Shown: positions 36,604-45,734, numbered from the stretch's first letter. The stretch is 64,000 bases of DNA from Desulfocapsaceae bacterium (GCA_046706325.1 JBJKPM010000053.1:1243-65242), one strand, 5' to 3'. Notes: generated by a model not told the origin, from the letters alone. Translations and numbers: made by a program.

Positions 36604-37448
36604 TCATCGGTGTAGCCAGCGGCAAAGGAGGGACGGGGAAGACCACGATTGCAACAAACCTGGCGCTTTCTCTGGGCACAGGAGTCACCCTGCTCGACTG
36701 CGATGTGGAAGAACCTAACGCCCATCTCTTCCTGTATCCTGAGATACGGAAGACAGAGAAGGTGACAGCCTGGATTCCGGCCATACGTGAGGAACTGTGT
36801 TCGGCCTGCAGGAAGTGTGCTGAGATCTGCCGCTTCCGGGCGCTCACCGTGGTCGGCAAGAAGGTCCTGGTCTTTCCCGAACTCTGTCATAGCTGCGGCG
36901 GGTGTCTCGAGGTGTGTCCGGAGGGGGCGGTCGGCAACGGGGAACGGATGCTCGGAGTGATCGAATCGGGTACCTGCGGAGACCTGGGTTTTGTTCACGG
37001 CCGCCTGCGGGTCGGGGAAGCCATGTCGCCGCCCTTGATCAGGAGGGTCCGTGCTGAAAAAAATGGTGCGGCAACGGTCATTATCGATGCGCCGCCGGGG
37101 ACCTCCTGCCCGGTGATTACCGCGATAAAGGGGGCCGACTTCGTTCTGCTGGTGACCGAGCCGACGCCTTTCGGCCTGCACGACCTGGTCCTAGCCGTGC
37201 AGGCGGTCCATATCCTTGGCATTCCGTGCGGAATCGTGATCAACCGGTCCGATATCGGAGACGGCCGGGTGCGGGAGTATGCGGTCCGTGAAGGCCTGCC
37301 GATCCTGATGGAGATCCCCTTCGATCGAAAGATAGCCGAGGCCTATTCCCGCGGCAGGCCCATGGTCAAGGCACTGCCGCAGTGGTCGGAGCGGTTCCGG
37401 ATGCTGTATCGGGACATCCAGGTGCTGCTGCAACAGGAAGAGGATTGA
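36600..37448 (+). CDS. MinD/ParA-type P-loop ATPase with an inserted 2x[4Fe-4S] ferredoxin domain
   Basis: Deviant Walker A ASGKGGTGKTT, Cys motifs CSACRKCAEICR and CHSCGGCLEVCP, and Walker B VIIDAPPG. Its ATGA overlaps the upstream gene. Confidence 0.85.
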   Translation: MIIGVASGKGGTGKTTIATNLALSLGTGVTLLDCDVEEPNAHLFLYPEIRKTEKVTAWIPAIREELCSACRKCAEICRFRALTVVGKKVLVFPELCHSCGGCLEVCPEGAVGNGERMLGVIESGTCGDLGFVHGRLRVGEAMSPPLIRRVRAEKNGAATVIIDAPPGTSCPVITAIKGADFVLLVTEPTPFGLHDLVLAVQAVHILGIPCGIVINRSDIGDGRVREYAVREGLPILMEIPFDRKIAEAYSRGRPMVKALPQWSERFRMLYRDIQVLLQQEED

Positions 37449-37449
37449 G

Positions 37450-38358
37450 ATGAAACGCGAATTGGTCATTATCAGCGGCAAAGGCGGTACCGGGAAAACC
37501 AGTATTATGGCAGGTTTTTCTTCCCTGACAAAAAACAGTATTTTGTGTGATGCCGATGTCGATGCCGCGGACCTTCATCTTTTGATGCAGCCGAGGGTCC
37601 TGCGGACCACGGATTTCACCGGCGGGTCAAAGGCCGTGATCAGAAAAGATGCCTGCATCGAGTGCGGCAGGTGCCGGGAGCTGTGCCGGTTCGGGGCCGT
37701 GTCCGAGGACTATACGGTAGATCCGATCAGCTGTGAAGGCTGCGGCGTCTGCGTCGATTTCTGCCCCGAGAAGGCGATCGATTTCCCGGTGCAGAAATGC
37801 GGGGAGTGGTATATCTCCGATACCCGATTCGGGCCCATGCTGCATGCCCGGTTGGGGATAGCCGAAGAAAATTCAGGCAAACTGGTCAGTCTGGTGCGCC
37901 GGGAAACGGAAAAGCTCGCCGAACAAAAGGGCTGCGATCTGATCCTGACCGACGGTCCTCCGGGAATCGGCTGTCCGGTCATTGCAGCCATCGGTGGCGC
38001 GACGGCGCTGGTGATCGTCGTCGAGCCCACCGTCTCCGGCCTGCATGATCTGCAACGCGTGGCGGATCTGGCGGCACATTTCAAGGTTCCCGGGCTGGTC
38101 TGTATCAACAAGTTTGATCTGAATCGGAACATGACCTCGAGGATCGAGGAAATGTGCGCTGAGCGGCGGATGACGACCGTGGGTTGTATTCCCTTTGATC
38201 CGGTCTTCACCAGGGCCATGATAGAGGGCAAAACTGTCCTTGAGTATGATCCTGCCTCGAAGGTTGCAAGCGCGGTCCGGCAGGTCTGGGAGGAAATCAT
38301 GCGGCATCCGGCAATGAATCAGCTTGGGATCAGGGATTTTTCAGCAACAATTCAATAA
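37450..38358 (+). CDS. MinD/ParA-type P-loop ATPase with a ferredoxin domain (paralogue)
   Basis: SGKGGTGKTS, CIECGRCRELCR, CEGCGVCVDFCP and LILTDGPPGIGC. Confidence 0.85.
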   Translation: MKRELVIISGKGGTGKTSIMAGFSSLTKNSILCDADVDAADLHLLMQPRVLRTTDFTGGSKAVIRKDACIECGRCRELCRFGAVSEDYTVDPISCEGCGVCVDFCPEKAIDFPVQKCGEWYISDTRFGPMLHARLGIAEENSGKLVSLVRRETEKLAEQKGCDLILTDGPPGIGCPVIAAIGGATALVIVVEPTVSGLHDLQRVADLAAHFKVPGLVCINKFDLNRNMTSRIEEMCAERRMTTVGCIPFDPVFTRAMIEGKTVLEYDPASKVASAVRQVWEEIMRHPAMNQLGIRDFSATIQ

Positions 38359-38375
38359 ATGAAGGAGTATCACGT

Positions 38376-38762
38376 ATGACAACGGAACGTATTGCAGTCC
38401 CTTCGATGGGGCAGGGTGGTCTTGACGGTCAGCGGGCCGGGCATTTCGGACATTGTGACGTCTTTACCCTTGTGGATGTGGAGAACGGGGAGATCAAGGA
38501 GGTCTCGGTGGTTGCCAATGAGGCGCACGTTCAGGGGGGATGCATGGTGCCCGTGCAGCTGCTGGCGGCCAATAATGTGCACAAACTGGTGGTCGGTGGT
38601 ATCGGCATGCGGCCGTTGATGGGGTTCAGACAGGTGGGTATCAATGTCTATTATGACGGCGAGCGTCCGGATATCCGCCCCGTGGTCGAAGACATGATTG
38701 CCGGCAGACTGCCGATGATCGGTGAAGAGCAGGTCTGCGGCGGCGGTGGCGCCCCTGCCTGA
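38376..38762 (+). CDS. NifX/NifB-like small protein (orange-protein-like candidate)
   Basis: 128 aa with HFGHCDVFTLVDV...GGC...LLAANNV.KLVVGGIG.RPL..F...GI.VYY, typical of the MTH1175/NifX-like family. Confidence 0.75.
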   Translation: MTTERIAVPSMGQGGLDGQRAGHFGHCDVFTLVDVENGEIKEVSVVANEAHVQGGCMVPVQLLAANNVHKLVVGGIGMRPLMGFRQVGINVYYDGERPDIRPVVEDMIAGRLPMIGEEQVCGGGGAPA

Positions 38763-38882
38763 GGATTGACAGAACGCGGGACTATCACGACCGAAGGACA
38801 AAACAGGTGCCGGATTGATGCCCGGATGCCGGTCGTGACCGGAACAGGGTTATTATCCATTCAATCCGGAAAGGATGAAATT

Positions 38883-39242
38883 ATGAAAATTGCTGTGAGC
38901 GCCAAAGGGACGCACCTCACCGACCAGGTGGATCCGAGGTTCGGCCGGGCGCGGTATATCCAGGTGGTCGATTCCGAGACCTTCGATTCCGAGGTCTTGG
39001 ACAACAGTGGCAATGCCAATGCCTTTAAAGGTGCCGGCATCCAGGCGGCGACCATGATCGCTGATAAAGGGGCATCGGTGCTGCTCACAGGGTATTGCGG
39101 TCCCAATGCGTTCAGGACGCTGGAAGCGGCAGGAATAAGGGTGGTTGGCGATGTCGAGGGGACCGTCAGGGAGGCTATTGTGACCTTCAAGACGGGGGCT
39201 CTGCGTTATAGCGAAGGGGCCAACGCCGAAGGGCATTGGTAG
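38883..39242 (+). CDS. NifX/NifB-like small protein
   Basis: MKIAVSAKG..L...VDPRFGRA.Y...VD.ET.....L.N.......GAGIQAA..I...GA.VLLTG.CGPNAF..L..AGI.V is the classic MTH1175-like pattern. The ATG at 38883 has an upstream GGAAAGGA RBS. Confidence 0.75.
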   Translation: MKIAVSAKGTHLTDQVDPRFGRARYIQVVDSETFDSEVLDNSGNANAFKGAGIQAATMIADKGASVLLTGYCGPNAFRTLEAAGIRVVGDVEGTVREAIVTFKTGALRYSEGANAEGHW

Positions 39243-39496
39243 ACTGGAGATCCCTCCGGCTGTGGACCGGGTGGAAAAGATCTCCGTTCCGGTGGAGATG
39301 GTTCCATCGGCAGGGTGTTAAAATATGTTCGCACCGATTGGGTTCCTGCATTATTTTAGTCATATCCGGCTGGCTGAATCTCTCCGGGCCGGTCCCGACT
39401 ATGATCCGGTCACAAAAAGAGCTCGATGCTGAAAAGAGTCTTCTTTTGTTTTTGGCCGGCGAAGAGTGATCCCATGGTCCATGGCAGGAGACCCCG

Positions 39497-40513
39497 ATGA
39501 TTCTCTACGATCCTCATATTCCGGTAAGCCTGACGGAGTTCGGCATCCGGATCCCCATCAGGGACAGCCGGACCACCAGGGCCTTTCAGGCATTGGTTGA
39601 TGATCCGGATCTCGGCCCCCGGCAAGGCCTCTGGCATCGAGACAGGATCGTTGAGAGGCTGACGAAAGAAGACCTGCTGCGGGTCCACTCGGCCGGTTAT
39701 GTGGAGAACCTCTATTCGGACAGGCTTGAACAGGAGATCATCGCCACCTTTGAGCTGATAGATGACCAGGGTCGATACTATCGATATGAACCGGCGGCCG
39801 CCACACGGCCGCTTACCGAGCTTTTTGATCGTATCCTGGCAAGGGCGGCCGGAACGGTCCAATGTTCCCGGCTTGCCCTGCAGCATGGATTCTGTTTTGC
39901 TTTTTCCGGAGGGGCACACCATGCCCAACGCGATTTCGGTAACGGTTTCTGTATCGTCAACGACATCGTCATCGCCATCCGCAAGCTGCAGTTTGAAAAG
40001 AAGATCGGCAGGGCCTGGGTTATCGATGTCGATGCCCACAAAGGAGATGGCACTGCCGCCCTGACGGCAGGCGATTCTTCAATCCGGACCTTGAGTGTCC
40101 ATATGGCAAGCGGCTGGCCATTGGACGGTCCGGCTCTGCTGGCCGACGGAAAACCCAATCCCTCGTTTTTGCCGAACGATATCGATATTCCCATTGAAAG
40201 CGGGGAGGAGACCCAGTACCTGGAAAGGCTCAACACCGGCTTATCTCAGTTGGAGCAAATGGGTCCGGCCGATCTGGCGATCGTTGTCAGCGGGGCGGAC
40301 CCGTATGAAAAAGACGAGCTTCCCTCCACCTCCCCCCTCAGGCTCTCTTTAGATCAGCTCTTCGAGCGCGACAGGCTGATCTATACCTTCCTGACCAGCC
40401 GCGATATTCCCGCGGCTTATCTGATGGCCGGCGGATATGGTGACGAGGTCTGGCGCGTCTACGCCAGGTTCCTGCTCTGGGCGCTTCGGCTGCGATATCA
40501 TCGGACTGCTTGA
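39497..40513 (+). CDS. histone deacetylase-family amidohydrolase (AcuC/acetylpolyamine deacetylase-like)
   Basis: Catalytic blocks FSGGAHHAQRDFGNGFCIVND and DVDAHKGDGTA (Zn ligands). Confidence 0.8.
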   Translation: MILYDPHIPVSLTEFGIRIPIRDSRTTRAFQALVDDPDLGPRQGLWHRDRIVERLTKEDLLRVHSAGYVENLYSDRLEQEIIATFELIDDQGRYYRYEPAAATRPLTELFDRILARAAGTVQCSRLALQHGFCFAFSGGAHHAQRDFGNGFCIVNDIVIAIRKLQFEKKIGRAWVIDVDAHKGDGTAALTAGDSSIRTLSVHMASGWPLDGPALLADGKPNPSFLPNDIDIPIESGEETQYLERLNTGLSQLEQMGPADLAIVVSGADPYEKDELPSTSPLRLSLDQLFERDRLIYTFLTSRDIPAAYLMAGGYGDEVWRVYARFLLWALRLRYHRTA

Positions 40514-40690
40514 TTGCACCTTTATTGCTGGCGCTCTCGTCATTATTGTTTCCTGTGTATGTAGTGGACGTATCGCGGCGGTCCGGTGTAGGCAGCGGAC
40601 TGCATTCCCCACAGAACAAGGCCCCGAGGCCGCTGTGGAGCGGCAGGACGTCTCCCGGTCCGCAGGGATTGGACAACAGGTTGCCGGGAA

Positions 40691-41347
40691 ATGCTCTTTC
40701 CCTGCGTATCCGGGACAATAATGATCGTTTTGCACCTTATACTCCTTTCGCTGCTCGTCATTGCCTGGTGCATTATGCACAGTGCGTTGATTTCATGCTC
40801 CGTGACGGACGCCCTTCATCGACGTCTCGGCGCCGCCTTTCGATTCTATCGACTCTTTTTTAACCTGATTTCGGCCTTGACGCTTATTCCTGTGGTCCTC
40901 TATGCGTTTTCAGTCCGGACCGGACCGGTATTCGGTTGGCACGGTTCCTGGCGGATTGCCCAAATCCTTTTGCTGGTTGCGGCTGCCGTGCTTTTTTCCC
41001 TTGGGGCGCGACGCTATGATGCCGGCCAGTTTCTGGGGGTTCGGCAGATCCTGAGCAGGACCGCAAAAGGTGGAGGGATTGCCGATGCCGGGGAGCTGGA
41101 TACCTCGGGCATTCTCTCCATGGTCCGCCATCCCTGGTATCTGGCAAGCATTCTGCTCCTCTGGGCTCGATCGCTGGATATCGCCGCAATCTACGTCAAT
41201 GTGATTTTTACCGCCTACCTGATCACCGGATCCTTCCTGGAGGAGAGAAAATTGGTGAGAGAATTCGGAGAACAGTACAGAGCCTATCAAAAAAATGTTT
41301 CGATGTTGCTGCCTGTCAAGTGGTTGAGATCAAGGATCGTCGGCTGA
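40691..41347 (+). CDS. ICMT/PEMT-like membrane methyltransferase family protein
   Basis: Multi-TM protein with the C-terminal signature VRHPWY...EE.KL..EFGE.Y..Y...V. The start may instead be the ATG at 40721. Confidence 0.65.
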   Translation: MLFPCVSGTIMIVLHLILLSLLVIAWCIMHSALISCSVTDALHRRLGAAFRFYRLFFNLISALTLIPVVLYAFSVRTGPVFGWHGSWRIAQILLLVAAAVLFSLGARRYDAGQFLGVRQILSRTAKGGGIADAGELDTSGILSMVRHPWYLASILLLWARSLDIAAIYVNVIFTAYLITGSFLEERKLVREFGEQYRAYQKNVSMLLPVKWLRSRIVG

Positions 41348-41413
41348 GAGTGCGGCATTTCACTCTGTTTTGGCTGCGAGCGGTTCCGCCGCCGGCCGCG
41401 GATCTTGTCCCTT

Positions 41414-41472
41414 TGTCATTATTTGTCATAATTCCTGTGCGAGATGTCATTTTTCTCTCAACACTCTGTCAT
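41414..41472 (+). promoter_or_regulatory. phased direct-repeat array, 4 x TGTCAT (copy A)
   Basis: TGTCAT occurs at 41414, 41424, 41445 and 41467 (offsets 0, +10, +31, +53). It lies upstream of the 88-aa leader-paralogue ORF. Copy B at 42038 has the same offsets. Confidence 0.5.
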
Positions 41473-41542
41473 AGTGGCGGGCTTTACTGATAGACGGAGA
41501 AGTACGAAACTGAACGAATAACCGGTATCAACGGAGAAACAT

Positions 41543-41809
41543 ATGCAGGAAAAGACACTATTTGAAGGATTGAAGCAAGAGATGCGCGGTCTGAAGGATC
41601 CGGGGAATGCCCTGATCCTTGTCTATATCCTTCTTGTTCTTGCTCTGCTTCTTTTTGCAGGTCTGCAATCGGCAAAGGCCGATTTCAGCGAAGCCAAAGA
41701 AGGGGCGATCTCACTACGACGCAGCCAAGAGGTCATCTCCTCCGAAGGGTATTCATCGTCGCTTGTCGACCACTTCCTTTTCCTGAAAGAGGAGACATCC
41801 ACCAAATAA
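41543..41809 (+). CDS. small ORF paralogous to the N-terminal leader of the sortase substrate (possible duplication remnant or small secreted protein)
   Basis: Residues EMRGLKDPGNALILVYILLVLALLLFAGLQSAKAD align with EMRGLKDPGTVLIIIYLWVILGMLFFAGMHSVRAD of the 713-aa protein (19/34 identical from the Met). No VIT or VWA region follows. Confidence 0.45.
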   Translation: MQEKTLFEGLKQEMRGLKDPGNALILVYILLVLALLLFAGLQSAKADFSEAKEGAISLRRSQEVISSEGYSSSLVDHFLFLKEETSTK

Positions 41810-42037
41810 GGTGACCTCGACAGGTTCTGTAGAAAATCCGAGCTGCAGCATCTCGATGTGCCGTATCTTGTTGTAATAACAGTCCCGTTACAAATTGAGC
41901 GGCCGACACTTCCTTCCACGGATGTCCCTCATACAGATACGGATTTATTCCTGCCTTTCGCACCGGCAGTTCATTCTCGGTCTGTCGGCGGCCTCCTGTT
42001 GCCGGAGGACAGCGGCCTTCGCCGTCCTTTTCTCTTC

Positions 42038-42096
42038 TGTCATCGTATGTCATAATTTTCACCGAAGAAGTCATTATCCTTTCAGGGCCCGGTCAT
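42038..42096 (+). promoter_or_regulatory. phased direct-repeat array, 4 x (T/A/G)GTCAT (copy B)
   Basis: TGTCAT at 42038 and 42048, AGTCAT at 42069 and GGTCAT at 42091 give the same offsets (0, +10, +31, +53) as copy A. It lies upstream of the sortase-substrate gene. Confidence 0.5.
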
Positions 42097-42150
42097 CCTT
42101 TTCGGTTCAATTAGTACAGACAAGGAGAAAATTTCCGATCAACCGATAAC

Positions 42151-44292
42151 GTGGGGACCGCTATGTTGAATGAAAAGAGAGGAAAGGATGAAATGCGTGG
42201 TTTGAAGGATCCGGGTACTGTTCTGATTATCATCTATCTTTGGGTGATCCTGGGAATGTTGTTTTTTGCCGGTATGCACTCGGTTCGAGCCGATACCGGT
42301 GCACAAAAGGAAAAGACCTTGACGATGGATGATGTCCATCGGGGGGAGTTGCTGGTTCCGGGTCGGGAGGAAGGCAGGTTTACCGCCATGCCTCTTCTGT
42401 CTCAGGATGTCAGGATCTCGGTCAGCGGCATGGTGGCCAGGACCGTCGTGAGACAGCACTTCATCAATAGGAGCTCTTCCTGGGTCGAGGCCGTCTATGT
42501 CTTCCCGTTGCCTGACGAAAGTGCGGTGGATCATTTGCGGATGCAGGTGGGCGACAGGATAATCGTCGGGGAGATCAAGGAAAAGCGAGAGGCGAAGGCC
42601 ATCTATGAGAAGGCAAAAGCCGAAGGTAAAAAAACTTCGCTGCTCTCCCAGCAACGACCCAATATCTTCACTTCGTCAGTTGCCAATATCGGACCTGACG
42701 AAGAGATCGTCATCGAGATCGAATATCAGCAGGTTGTTCGGTTCTCGGATCATGTTTTTTCTTTGCGTTTTCCAATGGTCATCGGACCACGGTATATACC
42801 CGGCAGGCCGCAGGCAACCGGGTCCGCAAGGCTCGCCTTTGACGGAGGCGGTTGGGCGGCAAATACCGACCGGGTCCCGGATGCGTCCCAAATCACCCCG
42901 CCGGTTGCAACCCCGGGTGGGGCTGCGGTAAATCCTGTTGCGTTGTCTGTGGAGCTGGCCGCCGGCTTTCCGCTGGCCAGGATCGACAGCCTCTACCACG
43001 GTATCGATATCAGCAAAAAGGATAAGGGGCTATACAGCATCCGCTTCACCGGCGAGGTGAAGGCGGATCGGGACTTTGTCCTCGAGTGGGAACCGAAAAA
43101 CAACGACAAGGTCACGGCCGCCCTCTTTTCCGAGGATAGAGGAACAGACCGCTATTTGTTGCTGATGTTGCTGCCGCCGCCGGACAGCCAAAAGATCGAA
43201 CCTGTGCCACGGGAGATGATCTTTGTGCTCGACACCTCCGGCTCCATGGCCGGGCCCTCGATTCTTCAGGCGAAAAAGGCGTTGGGCTTGGCCGTATCTC
43301 ATCTGGGGAACGAAGATAATTTCAATATCATCGAGTTCAACAGTACGGCCCATAGGCTCTTTGCTGCTCCCCGATCGGCAGATGCCGCCACCATCGAAGA
43401 GGCAATGGAGTTTATCAACAGTCTCAAAGCCGAAGGCGGCACCGAGATGGCTCCGGCCCTGGAGTTTGCCCTCGACGGTAAAAATGATCATGACCGGGTC
43501 CGGCAGGTTGTCTTTTTGACCGATGGATCAGTCGGCAATGAGAGCGAGCTTTTTTCCCTGATCAGGAACCGTCTGGGAGATTCCCGTCTTTTCACCGTCG
43601 GGATCGGTTCGGCCCCGAATTCCTATTTCATGACCCGGGCGGCTTCCATGGGTCGAGGCACCTTTACCTCTATCGGCAAGATCGACGAGGTGAAACAGAA
43701 AATGACCGACCTGTTTGCAAAACTGGAGCATCCGGTCATCTCGGACATAGCCGTAGGCTCGACGGACGGCGACGCCAAGGACTTGGAGATCTATCCGAAC
43801 CCACTTCCGGATCTCTACAACCTGGAGCCGTTGGTGGTCTTGATCAAGGCGAAGCAAGGGGTAGCAAGGCTTTATCTGACCGGACTACGGGCCGGCAGGC
43901 CATGGCAGATTGACGTCGATACCACGCATTTTGCGAATAGGCCGGGTATTGCAACCCTCTGGGCCCGGAAAAAGATTCGTAGTGAGATGGAATCGCTCCA
44001 TCTCGGGGCGGACAAGGACCTGGTAAGGAAAATTGTTCAGGCCACGGCCCTGGCACATCACCTGGTCAGTCCGTATACGAGTCTTGTGGCCGTGGAGAAA
44101 ACGGTCTCCAGACCGGCCGGTGCGGTCATTGCAACCAGCCATCTGACGACTAATCTACCACGGGGGTGGCAGTACGGTCAGATCTTCGGCGGGCTTGCCA
44201 AGACGGCGACGTTTTCGGATCTCTGGTTGATCCTGGGATGCATCCTGCTGGTGGTTGCGTTGGTCTTGGCAAAAGAGAGAAAGGTACGATAG
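42151..44292 (+). CDS. VIT + VWA domain sortase-substrate protein with a C-terminal LAKTAT sorting signal (marine proteobacterial sortase target family-like)
   Basis: Signal peptide, a VIT-like region and a VWA domain with MIDAS motif VLDTSGSM. The C-terminus is LAKTAT (44194-44211) plus the hydrophobic LWLILGCILLVVALVLA plus KERKVR. Alternative in-frame starts are at 42163 and 42193, and 42193 has the best RBS. Confidence 0.8.
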   Translation: MGTAMLNEKRGKDEMRGLKDPGTVLIIIYLWVILGMLFFAGMHSVRADTGAQKEKTLTMDDVHRGELLVPGREEGRFTAMPLLSQDVRISVSGMVARTVVRQHFINRSSSWVEAVYVFPLPDESAVDHLRMQVGDRIIVGEIKEKREAKAIYEKAKAEGKKTSLLSQQRPNIFTSSVANIGPDEEIVIEIEYQQVVRFSDHVFSLRFPMVIGPRYIPGRPQATGSARLAFDGGGWAANTDRVPDASQITPPVATPGGAAVNPVALSVELAAGFPLARIDSLYHGIDISKKDKGLYSIRFTGEVKADRDFVLEWEPKNNDKVTAALFSEDRGTDRYLLLMLLPPPDSQKIEPVPREMIFVLDTSGSMAGPSILQAKKALGLAVSHLGNEDNFNIIEFNSTAHRLFAAPRSADAATIEEAMEFINSLKAEGGTEMAPALEFALDGKNDHDRVRQVVFLTDGSVGNESELFSLIRNRLGDSRLFTVGIGSAPNSYFMTRAASMGRGTFTSIGKIDEVKQKMTDLFAKLEHPVISDIAVGSTDGDAKDLEIYPNPLPDLYNLEPLVVLIKAKQGVARLYLTGLRAGRPWQIDVDTTHFANRPGIATLWARKKIRSEMESLHLGADKDLVRKIVQATALAHHLVSPYTSLVAVEKTVSRPAGAVIATSHLTTNLPRGWQYGQIFGGLAKTATFSDLWLILGCILLVVALVLAKERKVR

Positions 44293-44296
44293 GGGC

Positions 44297-44962
44297 ATGA
44301 AGAGTCGGAAGGTTACAGCTCTTTTCCTGCTGTTGTCGGCGCTGGTACTGATCGGGGACGGCGGCTGGATCAAGGCCAAGGCCGTACTGGGACAGTATCT
44401 GCTTCAGCGGGCATGGCAGCAGAGTCTGCAAACGGGCACACCGGTCAAGGCCTGGCCCTGGGCGGACACCTGGCCGGTCGCACAACTTGAGGTTAAACGA
44501 TTGGGGGTGGATTCCATCGTTCTGGAGGGGCAGAATGGTGAAGTCCTGGCCTTCGGTCCCGGGCATCTTACGGCAAGTGCTGCGCCGAATGCCAAAGGAA
44601 ACTGTGTATTGGCAGGCCACAGGGACACCAGCTTCAGTTTTCTGGCCGATATCCGCATCGGGGATATCGTCTCGCTGCGATCCGGTAGCGGGAAAGAGCG
44701 GAAATACCAGATTGTCTCAACCACAGTCACCCGATATGACAAGCTGTTCCTGCAGGAAACGACAGGCCGCTGGCTGACTCTGGTAACCTGCTATCCGTTT
44801 CGAAATCCGGTGCCGGGGGGCCCATTGCGTTTCCTGGCATTCGCCCGGGAATTGCAGTATCCCGAAACGGCATTGGTGGATACAGGTTCTTTTCAGGGAA
44901 TAAAAAAAGGGCGGAGAATACCCGGAAAGACGATTGCCGGATCGATTTTTCCGAGGTATTGA
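44297..44962 (+). CDS. sortase (Gram-negative/proteobacterial dedicated type)
   Basis: N-terminal TM anchor, catalytic His context VLAGHRDT and catalytic Cys in the TLVTCYPF (TLxTC) motif. It begins 5 nt after the substrate gene stop. Confidence 0.8.
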   Translation: MKSRKVTALFLLLSALVLIGDGGWIKAKAVLGQYLLQRAWQQSLQTGTPVKAWPWADTWPVAQLEVKRLGVDSIVLEGQNGEVLAFGPGHLTASAAPNAKGNCVLAGHRDTSFSFLADIRIGDIVSLRSGSGKERKYQIVSTTVTRYDKLFLQETTGRWLTLVTCYPFRNPVPGGPLRFLAFARELQYPETALVDTGSFQGIKKGRRIPGKTIAGSIFPRY

Positions 44963-45126
44963 TAGAGACGATATCGGGATACGAGCTGTCATTTGCCTCC
45001 GGTTTTGCCCGGGCGAATGTCAAGACCGCTTGTTGCTGCTTCGGAACGCGATGGTATCGTATTGCCCATGCAGACTCTAAAGGTTTTTACAAAGGTATCA
45101 ATTTTCGGGAGAAGAATGGAGGACAT

Positions 45127-45663
45127 ATGCCTGATAAAGGGATAGTGAGAATTTTGCTTCCTGAACAGGAGATCAGGGTAATCGTTGAGAATCTCGGCCG
45201 GGAGATAACGAGCCATTATAAAGAGACGGGTGGCGAACTCCTGGTGGTTGGGCTTCTCAAGGGCTCGTTTATCTTTATGGCGGACCTGGTACGGTCCATT
45301 GACTATCCGTTGGCATTGGATTTTCTGGCGGTTTCCAGCTACGGCGATGCCACAGTGAGTTCAGGGGATGTTTCAATAAGGATGGATATCGGCGAATCCG
45401 TTCAAGACAGGAACGTCCTGCTGGTCGAGGACATTGTTGATACCGGCCATACCTTTGACAAGGTGATTCGGTGGCTTCAGACGAGAAATCCCGGTTCGCT
45501 GAAGACCTGTGCACTGTTGAGCAAACCATCCCGTCGGGAGGTCGAAGTCCGCATCGATTTTTGCGGCAGGGATATCCCCGATGATTTTGTCTGCGGATAC
45601 GGGCTCGATTATGCGCAGAAATATCGGAACCTCAGATATGTCGGAGTCTTGGGCGACGTTTGA
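45127..45663 (+). CDS. hpt: hypoxanthine(-guanine) phosphoribosyltransferase
   Basis: PRPP-binding motif VLLVEDIVDTGHT, LLKGSFIFMADL and a GYGLDY..KYRNL C-terminus. Confidence 0.9.
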   Translation: MPDKGIVRILLPEQEIRVIVENLGREITSHYKETGGELLVVGLLKGSFIFMADLVRSIDYPLALDFLAVSSYGDATVSSGDVSIRMDIGESVQDRNVLLVEDIVDTGHTFDKVIRWLQTRNPGSLKTCALLSKPSRREVEVRIDFCGRDIPDDFVCGYGLDYAQKYRNLRYVGVLGDV

Positions 45664-45734
45664 TTTTAGACCATTCCACAGGGTAGTGGCGCCCGGAAAC
45701 GGTTTAACTTATTAAGGGAGGAAAGCGACACAGC

